This document shows, in pieces, positions 9,487-18,460 of a DNA stretch of 64,000 nt. How positions within the stretch are numbered: position 1 is the stretch's first letter; each line of letters starts with the position of its first letter. Both the position numbers and the translations under genes were made by a program. The stretch is taken from NCBI GenBank assembly GCA_963768055.1, contig CAVYGN010000001.1:768001-832000 (forward strand). The letters run 5' to 3'. The DNA comes from an uncultured Spirochaetota bacterium. GTDB taxonomy: Bacteria > Spirochaetota > Brevinematia > Brevinematales > JAOACQ01. Below the pieces are notes generated by a model. The model saw nothing but the letters and a program-made list of their open reading frames with translations. It ran no database searches and had not been told where the DNA came from.

Positions 9487-9780
9487 TTAATATTCGATAA
9501 TTTTTGGGACAACGATGCTGCCGGACTCGAAGCGCGGCGCCATCTGCGAAATTTCCTCGACTTTCATCGATTCTTTTAACGCATCGTTCCTGACAGTATT
9601 GCTTTTTTCTACTGCATGCGTCATGGGGGGTATTTTTTCAGTATCAAGTTCACTTATTTTTTCTATAAAACCGACTATTTTTGAAAACTGCATCAGAAAA
9701 CTGTCCTTTTCATCGCCGGTAAATTCCAATTTAGCAAGAAGGGCGGTTTTTTCAACATCCTGTATGGTAATTTTTGACAT
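9487..9780 (-). CDS. gatC: Asp/Glu-tRNA amidotransferase subunit C
   Basis: IT..DVEK.A.LAKLE...R.D...AP....VPKII; GGAGG RBS favours the ATG at 9780. Confidence 0.92.
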   Translation of the reverse strand: MSKITIQDVEKTALLAKLEFTGDEKDSFLMQFSKIVGFIEKISELDTEKIPPMTHAVEKSNTVRNDALKESMKVEEISQMAPRFESGSIVVPKIIEY

Positions 9781-9837
9781 CAGACAACCTCCGGATTGCA
9801 CCTATTTTACTGTATGGCCTCGTTTTAGTCAAATTTG

Positions 9838-10383
9838 TTATGCATGATACAGGGTCCTTGACGCCTGTTTTCTGGATTCATCAGGTGAAACGATAATCTC
9901 CACAAGTTTGATTGCCGCATCCAGGGAAGTTCCGACTCCCTGCGAGGTAATGATGTTCCCGTCTATTACAACTCTGTCTTCCAGCCTGTTGCCTGTTAAT
10001 ATTTCAGTTCCCGGAAAGCAAGTATAATTTCTGCCCTTCAATATTCCGGCCCTGTCGAGAACCATCGGAGCCGCGCAAACAGCAAAAATCAACTTATTTT
10101 CCTTGTTGAATTCCCTTACAATCCGGAGAAGAATTTCGTTTTTAGCGAGTTCCGCTGCGCCTGGTCCCCCGGGGATCAATATTCCATTATATTCCCTGCT
10201 GTCGATATCACTCTCATCCTTTAATATCCTGTCAGTGCTGACAGTAAGTCCGCTTCTACCCCTGATTGAGGACGAACCCACGCCGTATATATCAACGGTT
10301 ACTGCTGCCCTGCGGAGGAGGTCTATTACTGTCACGGCTTCGGTTTCTTCGAAATTTTCCCCCATGATCATGCAATACTTCAT
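9838..10383 (-). CDS. DJ-1/PfpI (YajL/ThiJ) family protein
   Basis: FEETEAV, LRRA, IPGG.G, nucleophile AVCAAP, ITSQG.GT. Confidence 0.92.
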   Translation of the reverse strand: MKYCMIMGENFEETEAVTVIDLLRRAAVTVDIYGVGSSSIRGRSGLTVSTDRILKDESDIDSREYNGILIPGGPGAAELAKNEILLRIVREFNKENKLIFAVCAAPMVLDRAGILKGRNYTCFPGTEILTGNRLEDRVVIDGNIITSQGVGTSLDAAIKLVEIIVSPDESRKQASRTLYHA

Positions 10384-10504
10384 AATTTCTCCCGGTTATT
10401 TGATAGTCCATACCTTAAGTTAATTAAAGGGATTGAAAATGGCAAGAAAGACTAAAACGGAAAATTGACTTTTTGACATATAAAGAAAAAATTGAAGGCT
10501 TTTT

Positions 10505-10521
10505 TGGGTCATAATGACGCA
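10505..10521. promoter_or_regulatory. candidate enhancer (UAS) for a sigma-54 activator
   Basis: Near-palindrome TGGGTCA-TAA-TGACGCA about 100-115 bp upstream of the inferred start site of the sigma-54 promoter. Confidence 0.5.
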
Positions 10522-10594
10522 GAAAATAAGCCGGAAAAAACGGGTAAAAACCTCATATTTCTTTTTATTTCAACAGTTGAGTAAAGTTTTCACA

Positions 10595-10610
10595 TGGCAT
10601 ATAAGTTGCG
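10595..10610 (+). promoter_or_regulatory. sigma-54 (-24/-12) promoter
   Basis: TGGCATATAAGTTGCG matches TGGCAC-N5-TTGC with exact GG/GC spacing, 31 nt upstream of the sigma-factor ATG. Confidence 0.8.
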
Positions 10611-10641
10611 AAACTATTAATAGAAAAGAGGAGAGGATTTT

Positions 10642-11532
10642 ATGAATAAAAAGAATATTAAATCGAAGACCCCTTCAAAGCTGGATAATTGGGCTCGCTA
10701 TTTGAAAACCAACGCAGTTTCGTTGTATCTAAGAGAGATCGATAGAATACCCCTTTTGAGCAGAAGCGAAGAAATAGAGCTTTCAAAGCAAACCGCCGCA
10801 GGAAATATGGAGGCAAAGGAGAAACTTATAATTTCAAACCTGCGTTTTGTTATTTCCATAGCTAAAAAATACCAGGGCTTCGGGATTCCGCTATCCGACC
10901 TGATAAGCGAAGGAAATCTCGGATTGATGTCGGCGGTAGATAAGTTCGATTATAAAAAGGGCTTCCATTTTATTTCATATGCGATTTGGTGGATAAGGCA
11001 GTCAATCATGAAGGCCTTATCGGAAAAATCCAGACTGGTCAGATTGCCTATGAACAGATCTAATGAATTGATGCATATCTGGAAATTCATCGAGGAGTTT
11101 TCCAAAACATATGGAAAAAGGCCGTCGGATGATTTAATAGCCGAGTATCTTTCTCTTAATAAAAGCGATATTAAAAAAGTGCTGGAGATTTCCCAGGCAC
11201 ATTCGTCCCTTGAAGATCTGTTCAGCGACGATGATAATGGTTCGGCCGAAGAAGTCTTCGAGGATATGGAAAGCGAAAACAGGCCCGATGATATGGCGAT
11301 CACTTCTTCACTTAAAGAGATGGTGAGGAAGGTTCTGAATAAACTCCCGGCCAGGGAGAAAAGGATCATTGAATATCGCTTCGGATTGAACGGAGAAGAA
11401 CCGCAATCGCTGTCAAGCATAGGGGACAAACTTCATTTGACAAAAGAAAGGATAAGGCAGATAGAAAAAGCGGCTATCAATCAGATCCGTAATTATACGG
11501 AATGTCCCTATCTATACGCTTTTCTAAACTGA
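10642..11532 (+). CDS. sigma-70 family alternative sigma factor (RpoS/SigA-like, no region 1.1)
   Basis: YLREI..IPLL, SNLRFVISIAKKY, DLISEGNLGL..AV.KFD, FISYAIWWIRQSI, LTKERIRQIE. Confidence 0.93.
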   Translation: MNKKNIKSKTPSKLDNWARYLKTNAVSLYLREIDRIPLLSRSEEIELSKQTAAGNMEAKEKLIISNLRFVISIAKKYQGFGIPLSDLISEGNLGLMSAVDKFDYKKGFHFISYAIWWIRQSIMKALSEKSRLVRLPMNRSNELMHIWKFIEEFSKTYGKRPSDDLIAEYLSLNKSDIKKVLEISQAHSSLEDLFSDDDNGSAEEVFEDMESENRPDDMAITSSLKEMVRKVLNKLPAREKRIIEYRFGLNGEEPQSLSSIGDKLHLTKERIRQIEKAAINQIRNYTECPYLYAFLN

Positions 11533-11651
11533 AGGTTACTTGCCTGCTCCGAAGGGACCGAAGGGTAGGGAAGCCCCAAATTTAAATAATTTTCCATTGC
11601 AAAAATTTGAAGTTTCTTTATAATGATCGATATTCTAAGATATAAGGGTGG

Positions 11652-12998
11652 ATGGAAATTTTTCCGATGGAAAAGGCAGCAGTTACCAGTCAGAAAATCG
11701 AACTGTATGTAAATTTTTTATATTCAGGTATTATTTTAAAAGGGGATTCTTTTGCATTATCGGGGGAAAAAGTAAATACCGCTTCGGTTCCATTCACGGT
11801 GGAGATGATCGAAAATCTGAAAGCAAAGGGCATACAGAAAATTTATTACGAGCGGCCTCCGTTGACACCGAAATCGGGTATTTCAAAACCGGCAGTCGAT
11901 CAGCCGAATATAAATGAAGCTGTAAATGTTGTACAGGAGTTGGAATACGCAGTCAAGGCGAAAACCATACTTCCACAAAAAGAATTAGACAAGGTCTCCG
12001 GCGATTTTGTCGAGAATATTTCAGCCAGGGATGATTCAGTCCTTAATCTCCTGGAGTTAAAAGACATCGATGATTATACCTTTACACATTCGATAAATGT
12101 GACTCTGTTGGCAATTATGCTTGCTAAAAAGATAGGCTACAGCAATGAAGGACTTAAAATAATTGCAACAGCTGGACTTCTTCATGACATAGGAAAAACA
12201 TTGATCCCGAAAGAGATCCTGAGTAAGACAAGTGAAATTACGGATGAAGAGTATGAAATTATTAAAAAACACCCTGTTTACGGCTATGAGATAATAAAAT
12301 CCTATTCCGGATATCCCTCGCTTATCCAGAAGATAGTCTTGCTGCATCATGAAAAAGTATCGGGTAAGGGATATCCTTTCGGGTTAAGAGGAGAACAGAT
12401 GGGAGAAGGGGCGCAGATAATAAGCCTTGCCGATATGTTCGACGGTACGACAAACCCAAGGGTCGGGACTGCGGCCCGCCCTTTCTGGTATTCACTGACC
12501 CAGATCAACAAGGAAAGCGGTTCGAGTTTTTCACCAAGGCTGGCTAAAACATTTACAAATGAAATGCCGTATCATCTTACAGAAGATGAAATATTTAAAA
12601 AAGGTTCTTTTGTTACCCTTAACACGGGCGAGATTGCCGAAGTTATCGACTACGATTATCCGCAATCTCTATCTCCCTATGTAAATATATATATAAACTC
12701 CAAGAAGGAAATAGTGCGCTTTCCCATCCAGATCAATCTGGAATATGATGACACAAGGTTTATAACCCAGGTTATCCAGGACGAGAATGCAATAACCAAA
12801 CTCTCGGAAATAAGCGAAAAGATCGGCGGTAAAAAGCAAAAAGAGGATAAAATAACAACAAAAGAAAAAAGGCAGGGGCTCTTTGAGGCAAAAATTGAAA
12901 ACCAGGGTGACGATAAGGAATTGCCGATTGAAAAGATCAAGGCCAATTCAGTCGATCCATCGGTGCTTAAAACCGATGAAAGTTCGCTTAGAAAATAA
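11652..12998 (+). CDS. HD-GYP domain cyclic-dinucleotide phosphodiesterase
   Basis: YTFTHSINV, LLHDIGK, HHEK..GKGYP.GL, V.LNTGE C-terminal module. Confidence 0.9.
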   Translation: MEIFPMEKAAVTSQKIELYVNFLYSGIILKGDSFALSGEKVNTASVPFTVEMIENLKAKGIQKIYYERPPLTPKSGISKPAVDQPNINEAVNVVQELEYAVKAKTILPQKELDKVSGDFVENISARDDSVLNLLELKDIDDYTFTHSINVTLLAIMLAKKIGYSNEGLKIIATAGLLHDIGKTLIPKEILSKTSEITDEEYEIIKKHPVYGYEIIKSYSGYPSLIQKIVLLHHEKVSGKGYPFGLRGEQMGEGAQIISLADMFDGTTNPRVGTAARPFWYSLTQINKESGSSFSPRLAKTFTNEMPYHLTEDEIFKKGSFVTLNTGEIAEVIDYDYPQSLSPYVNIYINSKKEIVRFPIQINLEYDDTRFITQVIQDENAITKLSEISEKIGGKKQKEDKITTKEKRQGLFEAKIENQGDDKELPIEKIKANSVDPSVLKTDESSLRK

Positions 12999-13090
12999 TG
13001 AAGAAAGCTTTTAAATATAAGCTATGCAAAAATAGCAATGTCTCTTTAATTGTTGTATAATTAGTCTAAAATAAGTGGAGGAGTTTGTCT

Positions 13091-13366
13091 ATGACTAAAG
13101 CAGATTTCATTGTGAAGTACTCTAACAAAATCGGGGAAAGCAAAAAACGTTCAGGCGAGCTTGTGGATTCTTTTTTACTTACAATCCAGGAAAATCTATT
13201 GAAAGGCGAATCCGTTCAATTTGTCGGTTGGGGGACATTTCAGGTCCAGAAAAAACCTGAAAAGATCGGCAGAAATCCAAAAACAGGCGAAAAAATAAAA
13301 ATTCCCGCCAAAAAAGTTGTAAAATTCAAAGCCGGTAAAAAACTGGCTGAAAAAGTCAAAAAGTGA
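13091..13366 (+). CDS. hup: HU family DNA-binding protein
   Basis: MTKADFI, G.GTF, GRNPKTGE, KFKAGK.L. Confidence 0.95.
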   Translation: MTKADFIVKYSNKIGESKKRSGELVDSFLLTIQENLLKGESVQFVGWGTFQVQKKPEKIGRNPKTGEKIKIPAKKVVKFKAGKKLAEKVKK

Positions 13367-13529
13367 TTTAACTGAAAATCCTCAAAGCAGCGGAAGTCTG
13401 GATGGGATAGGGGAGTTATTTCATTGACCTCCGGGGGTTTATAGGTCGTATTCTTATCGTATCGTAAGGGCTGTTCCTGATTGTCACTTCGAGTATAAAT
13501 GCTTATATTTGCTATTATAAGCGGGGCTT

Positions 13530-14267
13530 ATGCTGAAGGAGGGCAAAGTGCCTAGGGTATTAGTCATCGATAATGATAAGAATTCATTTACGTCTGTAAA
13601 GGACATTCTTGAATTTGAAGGGTTTGAGGTATTTATCTCAACAACAGGCAAGGATGCAGAAATGAGGGTCCTCAACGAGACCTACGATACGGTAATAATC
13701 GATCTTTTTTCACCGGCATATAACGGTGTAGAATTGATCAAACAGCTTCGTAAAATAAACAAGATTGTTCCGATCATTGCCGTCTCCGAAAGAACAAAAG
13801 AGGAGGATAAAGTCTTCGGTTTAAATTTGGGAGCTGATGATTTTATTACAAAACCTTTTTCAATGATGGAGCTTCTTGCCAGAATAAGGGCCCATTTAAG
13901 AAAAATCAATATGATAAAATCAGGGACCCTGACCAGTATGGGAGCGTTAAACGGTTATGAGCCCGTAACTATCAAAATCGGGGACTCTTTGATATATCTT
14001 GATAAAATGATTTTGAAACACAACGATTTGGAGGAACCTTTGACTCCTAAAGAGCTGGGTATTATAAGGCTCCTCTATAAGAACCGGGGAAAAGTCGTAT
14101 CAAGGGATGTTATGATGAAAGAAATATGGGGCGACGGCATATATGTAACAGAAAGGGTCATAGATACGAATGTCGTTTCAATCAGGAAAAAGATAGGAGA
14201 TACGGGAAGAAAGCCTAAATATATAAAAACTGTTTTCGGAGTAGGTTATAAAATGGTGGAATATTAA
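13530..14267 (+). CDS. OmpR/PhoB family response regulator (no adjacent kinase)
   Basis: REC domain (IIDL, GADDFITKPF) plus winged HTH (LTPKE, IKTVFGVGY). Confidence 0.93.
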   Translation: MLKEGKVPRVLVIDNDKNSFTSVKDILEFEGFEVFISTTGKDAEMRVLNETYDTVIIDLFSPAYNGVELIKQLRKINKIVPIIAVSERTKEEDKVFGLNLGADDFITKPFSMMELLARIRAHLRKINMIKSGTLTSMGALNGYEPVTIKIGDSLIYLDKMILKHNDLEEPLTPKELGIIRLLYKNRGKVVSRDVMMKEIWGDGIYVTERVIDTNVVSIRKKIGDTGRKPKYIKTVFGVGYKMVEY

Positions 14268-14861
14268 TTGATTAAAATTGCCGCGGTATCGATTTTGTTT
14301 TTATTTATGCTTCTTTCCATTGTTTTTACAGCGCCTCTCATAATAAACCCGGTTACATTAGACAACGGAAAGTTCATGTTCTATGGCGCTTCTGATTCAG
14401 ATACGTTATCCAATAATATAAATAGTCTTTTCACACTCGGAATAAGATACGGCATTTCGGATGGTAATGAAATCGGTTTGAGAATACTTTCAAGCGATTT
14501 TAGCGGCGTTATGGGGGATTTTAAAACGAGGGTTCTCAAGAACGACCCTTTCACTGTAACATTTGACGCCGGCCTTGGATTTACAGCTGATTCTTATGTC
14601 GTCAATATCGCATTCTACCTCGACGCCGAAATTGACAGGAATTTTGCCGTGTTTATTGCAGCCAGGGGGACATATCCCGCCAACGATATTATCGATACTA
14701 CAGACCTTCCGACCCAGGGGTTTGTATTTTCACCAAGGGTGGGGCTTGAACTATTCAGGGGCTTGAACTTTTCCTTAATAATTGAAGGAGGGGTTGTAAT
14801 GAGCTGGTATTCCCCTCAACTGGATTATAATGCAGCCGCTCTTGCCGGGTTCAAGATCTGA
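14268..14861 (+). CDS. hypothetical exported protein, probable small outer-membrane beta-barrel
   Basis: Signal-peptide-like N-terminus, amphipathic beta-strand pattern, C-terminal AGFKI. Confidence 0.6.
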   Translation: MIKIAAVSILFLFMLLSIVFTAPLIINPVTLDNGKFMFYGASDSDTLSNNINSLFTLGIRYGISDGNEIGLRILSSDFSGVMGDFKTRVLKNDPFTVTFDAGLGFTADSYVVNIAFYLDAEIDRNFAVFIAARGTYPANDIIDTTDLPTQGFVFSPRVGLELFRGLNFSLIIEGGVVMSWYSPQLDYNAAALAGFKI

Positions 14862-14877
14862 TCCCGCGGTTATTATT

Positions 14878-15768
14878 ATGCTGAAATTAAACGGCATACT
14901 GCCTATCAATAAACCTTCCGGAGTAAGCTCCTTCGATGTAATACGGATTCTTAAACATCGTTTACAGCTGGATTGGAAAAAACAAAAAATCGGCCATGGA
15001 GGGACCCTGGATTACCTTGCCTCAGGTGTTCTGCCGGTACTCCTAGGAGAAGCTTCGAAAGCCTTCGATTACCTGTTGTTGTCAGGTAAAGAATACGAGG
15101 CTGTAATTCAGCTTGGTGTTGAAACGGATACGGATGACGCTGAAGGTTCCATAATAGGGACATTTGACAGGGAAATCGAAAGGAAGGATATTGAATCGGT
15201 TCTTCCAAAATTCCAGGGTGTTATTCTGCAGGTCCCGCCTTATTATTCCTCTCTTCACATAAACGGACGTAGGAGTTATGAACTTGCCCGTAAAAACATA
15301 TTGATCGCTAAAGACCCTAGAAAAGTTGAAATTTCGGATATTACTATAAACGATTATAATAAGGATGAAAAGAGGCTTACCATCAAGGTGGCCTGCTCTT
15401 CTGGGACATATATAAGGAGCCTTGCAAGGGATATCGGCAGGGAACTTTCATGCGGCGGCCATATACTACAACTTCAAAGGCTGTCGAGTTCCGGAATAAG
15501 GATTTCTGATTGCGTATCTTTTGAAGAAGTAGATATCGCGAATATTGAAAGGATTCTTCTCCCTCTTAATACAGCGTTATCGCTTCCGGGCCTCAATTTA
15601 CTCCCGGATCCGGAATATGTGAAGAACGGCCGATTACTTAGCCTTGATTTGTTCAAGGAAGAGGCCTTAGACGACGGGTTATACAAAATCGTCAAGGGCG
15701 GATCGGTTCTGGCTATAGTTGAAAAGAAAGGCCCGCTTTTCAATTATTTAAGGGTCTTCAATGAGTAA
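14878..15768 (+). CDS. truB: tRNA pseudouridine(55) synthase
   Basis: NKPSG.SSFD, KIGHGGTLD (catalytic Asp), QVPP.YS, CSSGTYIRSLARD. Confidence 0.95.
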   Translation: MLKLNGILPINKPSGVSSFDVIRILKHRLQLDWKKQKIGHGGTLDYLASGVLPVLLGEASKAFDYLLLSGKEYEAVIQLGVETDTDDAEGSIIGTFDREIERKDIESVLPKFQGVILQVPPYYSSLHINGRRSYELARKNILIAKDPRKVEISDITINDYNKDEKRLTIKVACSSGTYIRSLARDIGRELSCGGHILQLQRLSSSGIRISDCVSFEEVDIANIERILLPLNTALSLPGLNLLPDPEYVKNGRLLSLDLFKEEALDDGLYKIVKGGSVLAIVEKKGPLFNYLRVFNE

Positions 15769-17071
15769 AAAAGGGATTCTTCTGGTAAATCCTTTTATCG
15801 AGGATTTCGCGGCATACGATCACTTTTCTAAACCTCTGGGCCTGCTCCATCTGGCCTCCTATCTTAAGGAACATTTTGAACTTTATTTTGTCAACGCAGT
15901 TTCCAGGTCCGGTGGCCCGGGAACACCCCGTATAAAATTCAATGAAAACGGGACCGGTCCATTTCCATTTTATTTCATCGACACCCCGAATGTATTAAAA
16001 GACATTCCAAGGCGCTTTAAAAGATACGGGATTGCCCCCGAATTATTTTATAATGAATTAAAAAATGTTCCGTTTAATCCGGATTTTATTTTCGTAACCT
16101 CGGGAATGACATATTGGTACACGGGCTTAGCCTATACTATAGGCTTATTAAGGGAATATTTTCCGGACTCAAAAATTGTTCTGGGAGGGATCTATGCGGC
16201 GCTCCTGCCGGAGCATGCCCGCAGTGCGATAAAATGCGACTATATAGTGCCGCACCAGGGAATTTTCAAAGCGCTCTCGGCAATTGAAAAAATAACCGGC
16301 TTAACTTTTGAAAAAAAACTGAAATTTCCGTCTTATGAGCTTCTAGGCGAATATTACTACGCACCTGTGATGACTTCAACAGGATGTGTTTTTAACTGTG
16401 CTTACTGTGCGGTTGATTACCTTAACTCTTTTTCCAGGTATCCGGTTTCCCTTGCCGGAAGGGCTATCATAGACCTTTGTAAAATTTACGGGGTAAATAA
16501 AATAGCCTTCTACGACGACGCTTTATTATTCGATTCCCCGAACCACCTGGATAAAATCCTTGAAATAATTATAGAATCCGGAATCAAGGCCCGTTTTTAC
16601 ACCCCTAACGGCCTGCATATCAAGTTCCTTACATCCGAAACAGCGGCTTTAATGAAACAGGCCGGTTTTACTGATATAAGGCTCTCGCTGGAATCCCAGG
16701 ATGAAAAATTTCATGAGGCTGAAGGGAACAAGACCTGCCTTTCCGAGTTCAAGTTATCGATGGAAATTCTTACAAGAGCGGGATTCGAACAAAAGGATAT
16801 AAAATGTTATGTTCTTGTAAATCTTCCGGGCCAGGATATCGGATCGATTGAGGCAACGATTGAAACGGTGCACGGGCTGGGGGCGATTCCAATGCTCTCG
16901 TATTATTCCCCCATTCCTCACACCCCGGATTTTGACAGGGCCTCCCGTATAACAGATGTGTCAGAGCCATTGTTTCAGAACAATAATGTTTACCTTTTTC
17001 GCAGCGGTTTCGATATGGAGTACCTGAAGCATCTAAAAGCCAGGGAACTCTTATTCAGGAAGCAAGCTTAG
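15761..17071 (+). CDS. cobalamin-binding-type radical SAM protein
   Basis: PLGLL.LA and TYWY.G...LGGIYA N-terminal domain; CxxxCxxC (CVFNCAYC); FYDDALL; TPNGLH. Confidence 0.88.
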   Translation: MSKKGILLVNPFIEDFAAYDHFSKPLGLLHLASYLKEHFELYFVNAVSRSGGPGTPRIKFNENGTGPFPFYFIDTPNVLKDIPRRFKRYGIAPELFYNELKNVPFNPDFIFVTSGMTYWYTGLAYTIGLLREYFPDSKIVLGGIYAALLPEHARSAIKCDYIVPHQGIFKALSAIEKITGLTFEKKLKFPSYELLGEYYYAPVMTSTGCVFNCAYCAVDYLNSFSRYPVSLAGRAIIDLCKIYGVNKIAFYDDALLFDSPNHLDKILEIIIESGIKARFYTPNGLHIKFLTSETAALMKQAGFTDIRLSLESQDEKFHEAEGNKTCLSEFKLSMEILTRAGFEQKDIKCYVLVNLPGQDIGSIEATIETVHGLGAIPMLSYYSPIPHTPDFDRASRITDVSEPLFQNNNVYLFRSGFDMEYLKHLKARELLFRKQA

Positions 17072-17483
17072 CCTTTAGCCTTATTATGACACTGCCCAGG
17101 GCCTTTGAAACAGGGCAGTTCTTTTCAGCGTCTTCGGCAATCTGCTGGAATTTCATTTGATCTATTCCGGGTACTTCCGCTTCAGTGTCAAGATCGATTT
17201 CCGGAATAACGAATCCCCCTCCTTCGCTTACTATATGGACTGATGCAGTAGTGCGGATGCTTTTAGGTTTAAACCCCTCCTGGCCCAGCGCAGCGGCGAA
17301 AGCCATTGAAAAGCATCCTGCGTGAGCGGCGCCTATCAGCTCTTCCGGATTTGTTCCCGGGCCGTTCTCAAAACGCGAGGAAAACGAATAATTCCCCTCG
17401 AATGCACCGCTGCCGAGCCTCATCGTTCCTTTACCGGTTTTAAGTTCACCTTCCCATACCGCCTTTGCCGTTCTTACAGCCAT
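17055..17483 (-). CDS. osmC: OsmC peroxiredoxin
   Basis: R.A.A.W.G.LK.G.G, GTNPEELIGAAHAGCFSMA, CPVSKAL; RBS before the ATG at 17483. Confidence 0.95.
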   Translation of the reverse strand: MAVRTAKAVWEGELKTGKGTMRLGSGAFEGNYSFSSRFENGPGTNPEELIGAAHAGCFSMAFAAALGQEGFKPKSIRTTASVHIVSEGGGFVIPEIDLDTEAEVPGIDQMKFQQIAEDAEKNCPVSKALGSVIIRLKAKLAS

Positions 17484-17504
17484 AACAACCTCCATATTTT
17501 TTGA

Positions 17505-17610
17505 TAAGGGCAGTTTAATATCTCAAGAATCTCCGTTTAATGAACAATTTAATATTATGTTTGCCCTATGGGAGCTACCTATCCGAAGGGTATATTTAGA
17601 AGCACCCATA
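17505..17610. repeat. degenerate copy of repeat family B
   Basis: Ends TAAGGGCAG... and ...TTTAGAAGCACCCATA; internal TGCCCTATGGG and CCGAAGGGTA units. Confidence 0.55.
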
Positions 17611-17654
17611 ATTAAAGATACAGATTCGTTTTCTCTTCGGCAAGCCCGGCGTAA

Positions 17655-18449
17655 CTACTGTTCTATATGAAATACCTGGCCTTCAGCGGGAAAAAGCCCT
17701 TCCTTTACTTCCTGTGTGTAGGATGTAACAGCCGATTTGATAATACCGTAAAGATCGGCATATTTTTTAACATGCCTAAAATTCGATTCTTTATCCAGCC
17801 CGAGCATATCGGTTATTACAAGGACCTGGCCGTCTGTGTAACGTCCTGCGCCTATGCCTATGGTCGGGATTGAAATCCTTTCCGTGATTTCCCTGGCAGC
17901 TTCTTCTGTAGTTCCCTCGATAACAAAAGAGAAAGCACCGGCTTCCTTAATAGCCATGGCATCTAAAATGAGTTCCTCGGTTTCTCCGGCGTTTTTGCCC
18001 ATGATCCTGTGGCCGAAACGGCGGATTGATTGAGGTTTAAGCCCAATATGGCCCATTACAGGTATTCCAATGGTTGTAATTGATGAAATTACCGGCGCAA
18101 GCGCCGCTCCTCCTTCGAGCTTTACAGCGTCGGCATGAGCCTCTTTCATGAATCGGCCGGCATTTCTGATGCTTTCTTCGCTGGAAGTTCCATAGCTTAG
18201 AAAAGGCATATCTGCTATTATAAAAGAATCGGGTGCGCCCCTCCTTACTGCTTTAACATGATAGATCATTTCGTCCATGGTCACCGGCAGCGTGCTTTTA
18301 TATCCGGAGTAAACCATACCGGCGGTATCTCCGACAAGGATTAAATCTATCTTAAGTTCATTGAGGATCCTTGCCGTCAGGGTATCGTATGCCGTAAGCA
18401 TTACTATTTTTTCCCTGTTCTTAAGGGACATGATTTTGCCGACAGTCAT
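17655..18449 (-). CDS. panB: 3-methyl-2-oxobutanoate hydroxymethyltransferase
   Basis: MLTAYD, LVGD, DMPF.SY, VKLEGG, GHIGL.PQ, IGIGAG..DGQVLV. Confidence 0.97.
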   Translation of the reverse strand: MTVGKIMSLKNREKIVMLTAYDTLTARILNELKIDLILVGDTAGMVYSGYKSTLPVTMDEMIYHVKAVRRGAPDSFIIADMPFLSYGTSSEESIRNAGRFMKEAHADAVKLEGGAALAPVISSITTIGIPVMGHIGLKPQSIRRFGHRIMGKNAGETEELILDAMAIKEAGAFSFVIEGTTEEAAREITERISIPTIGIGAGRYTDGQVLVITDMLGLDKESNFRHVKKYADLYGIIKSAVTSYTQEVKEGLFPAEGQVFHIEQ

Positions 18450-18460
18450 TCGGACCTCCT

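Noticed and set aside
13367..13529. Possible structured ncRNA between hup and the response regulator
   Set aside because: Only short weak stems; no recognisable SRP, 6S, tmRNA or riboswitch motif by eye. An Rfam scan would be needed.
17055..17071. Convergent 3' overlaps (also 29996-30004 and 46965-46984)
   Set aside because: Short tail-to-tail overlaps are common in compact genomes.
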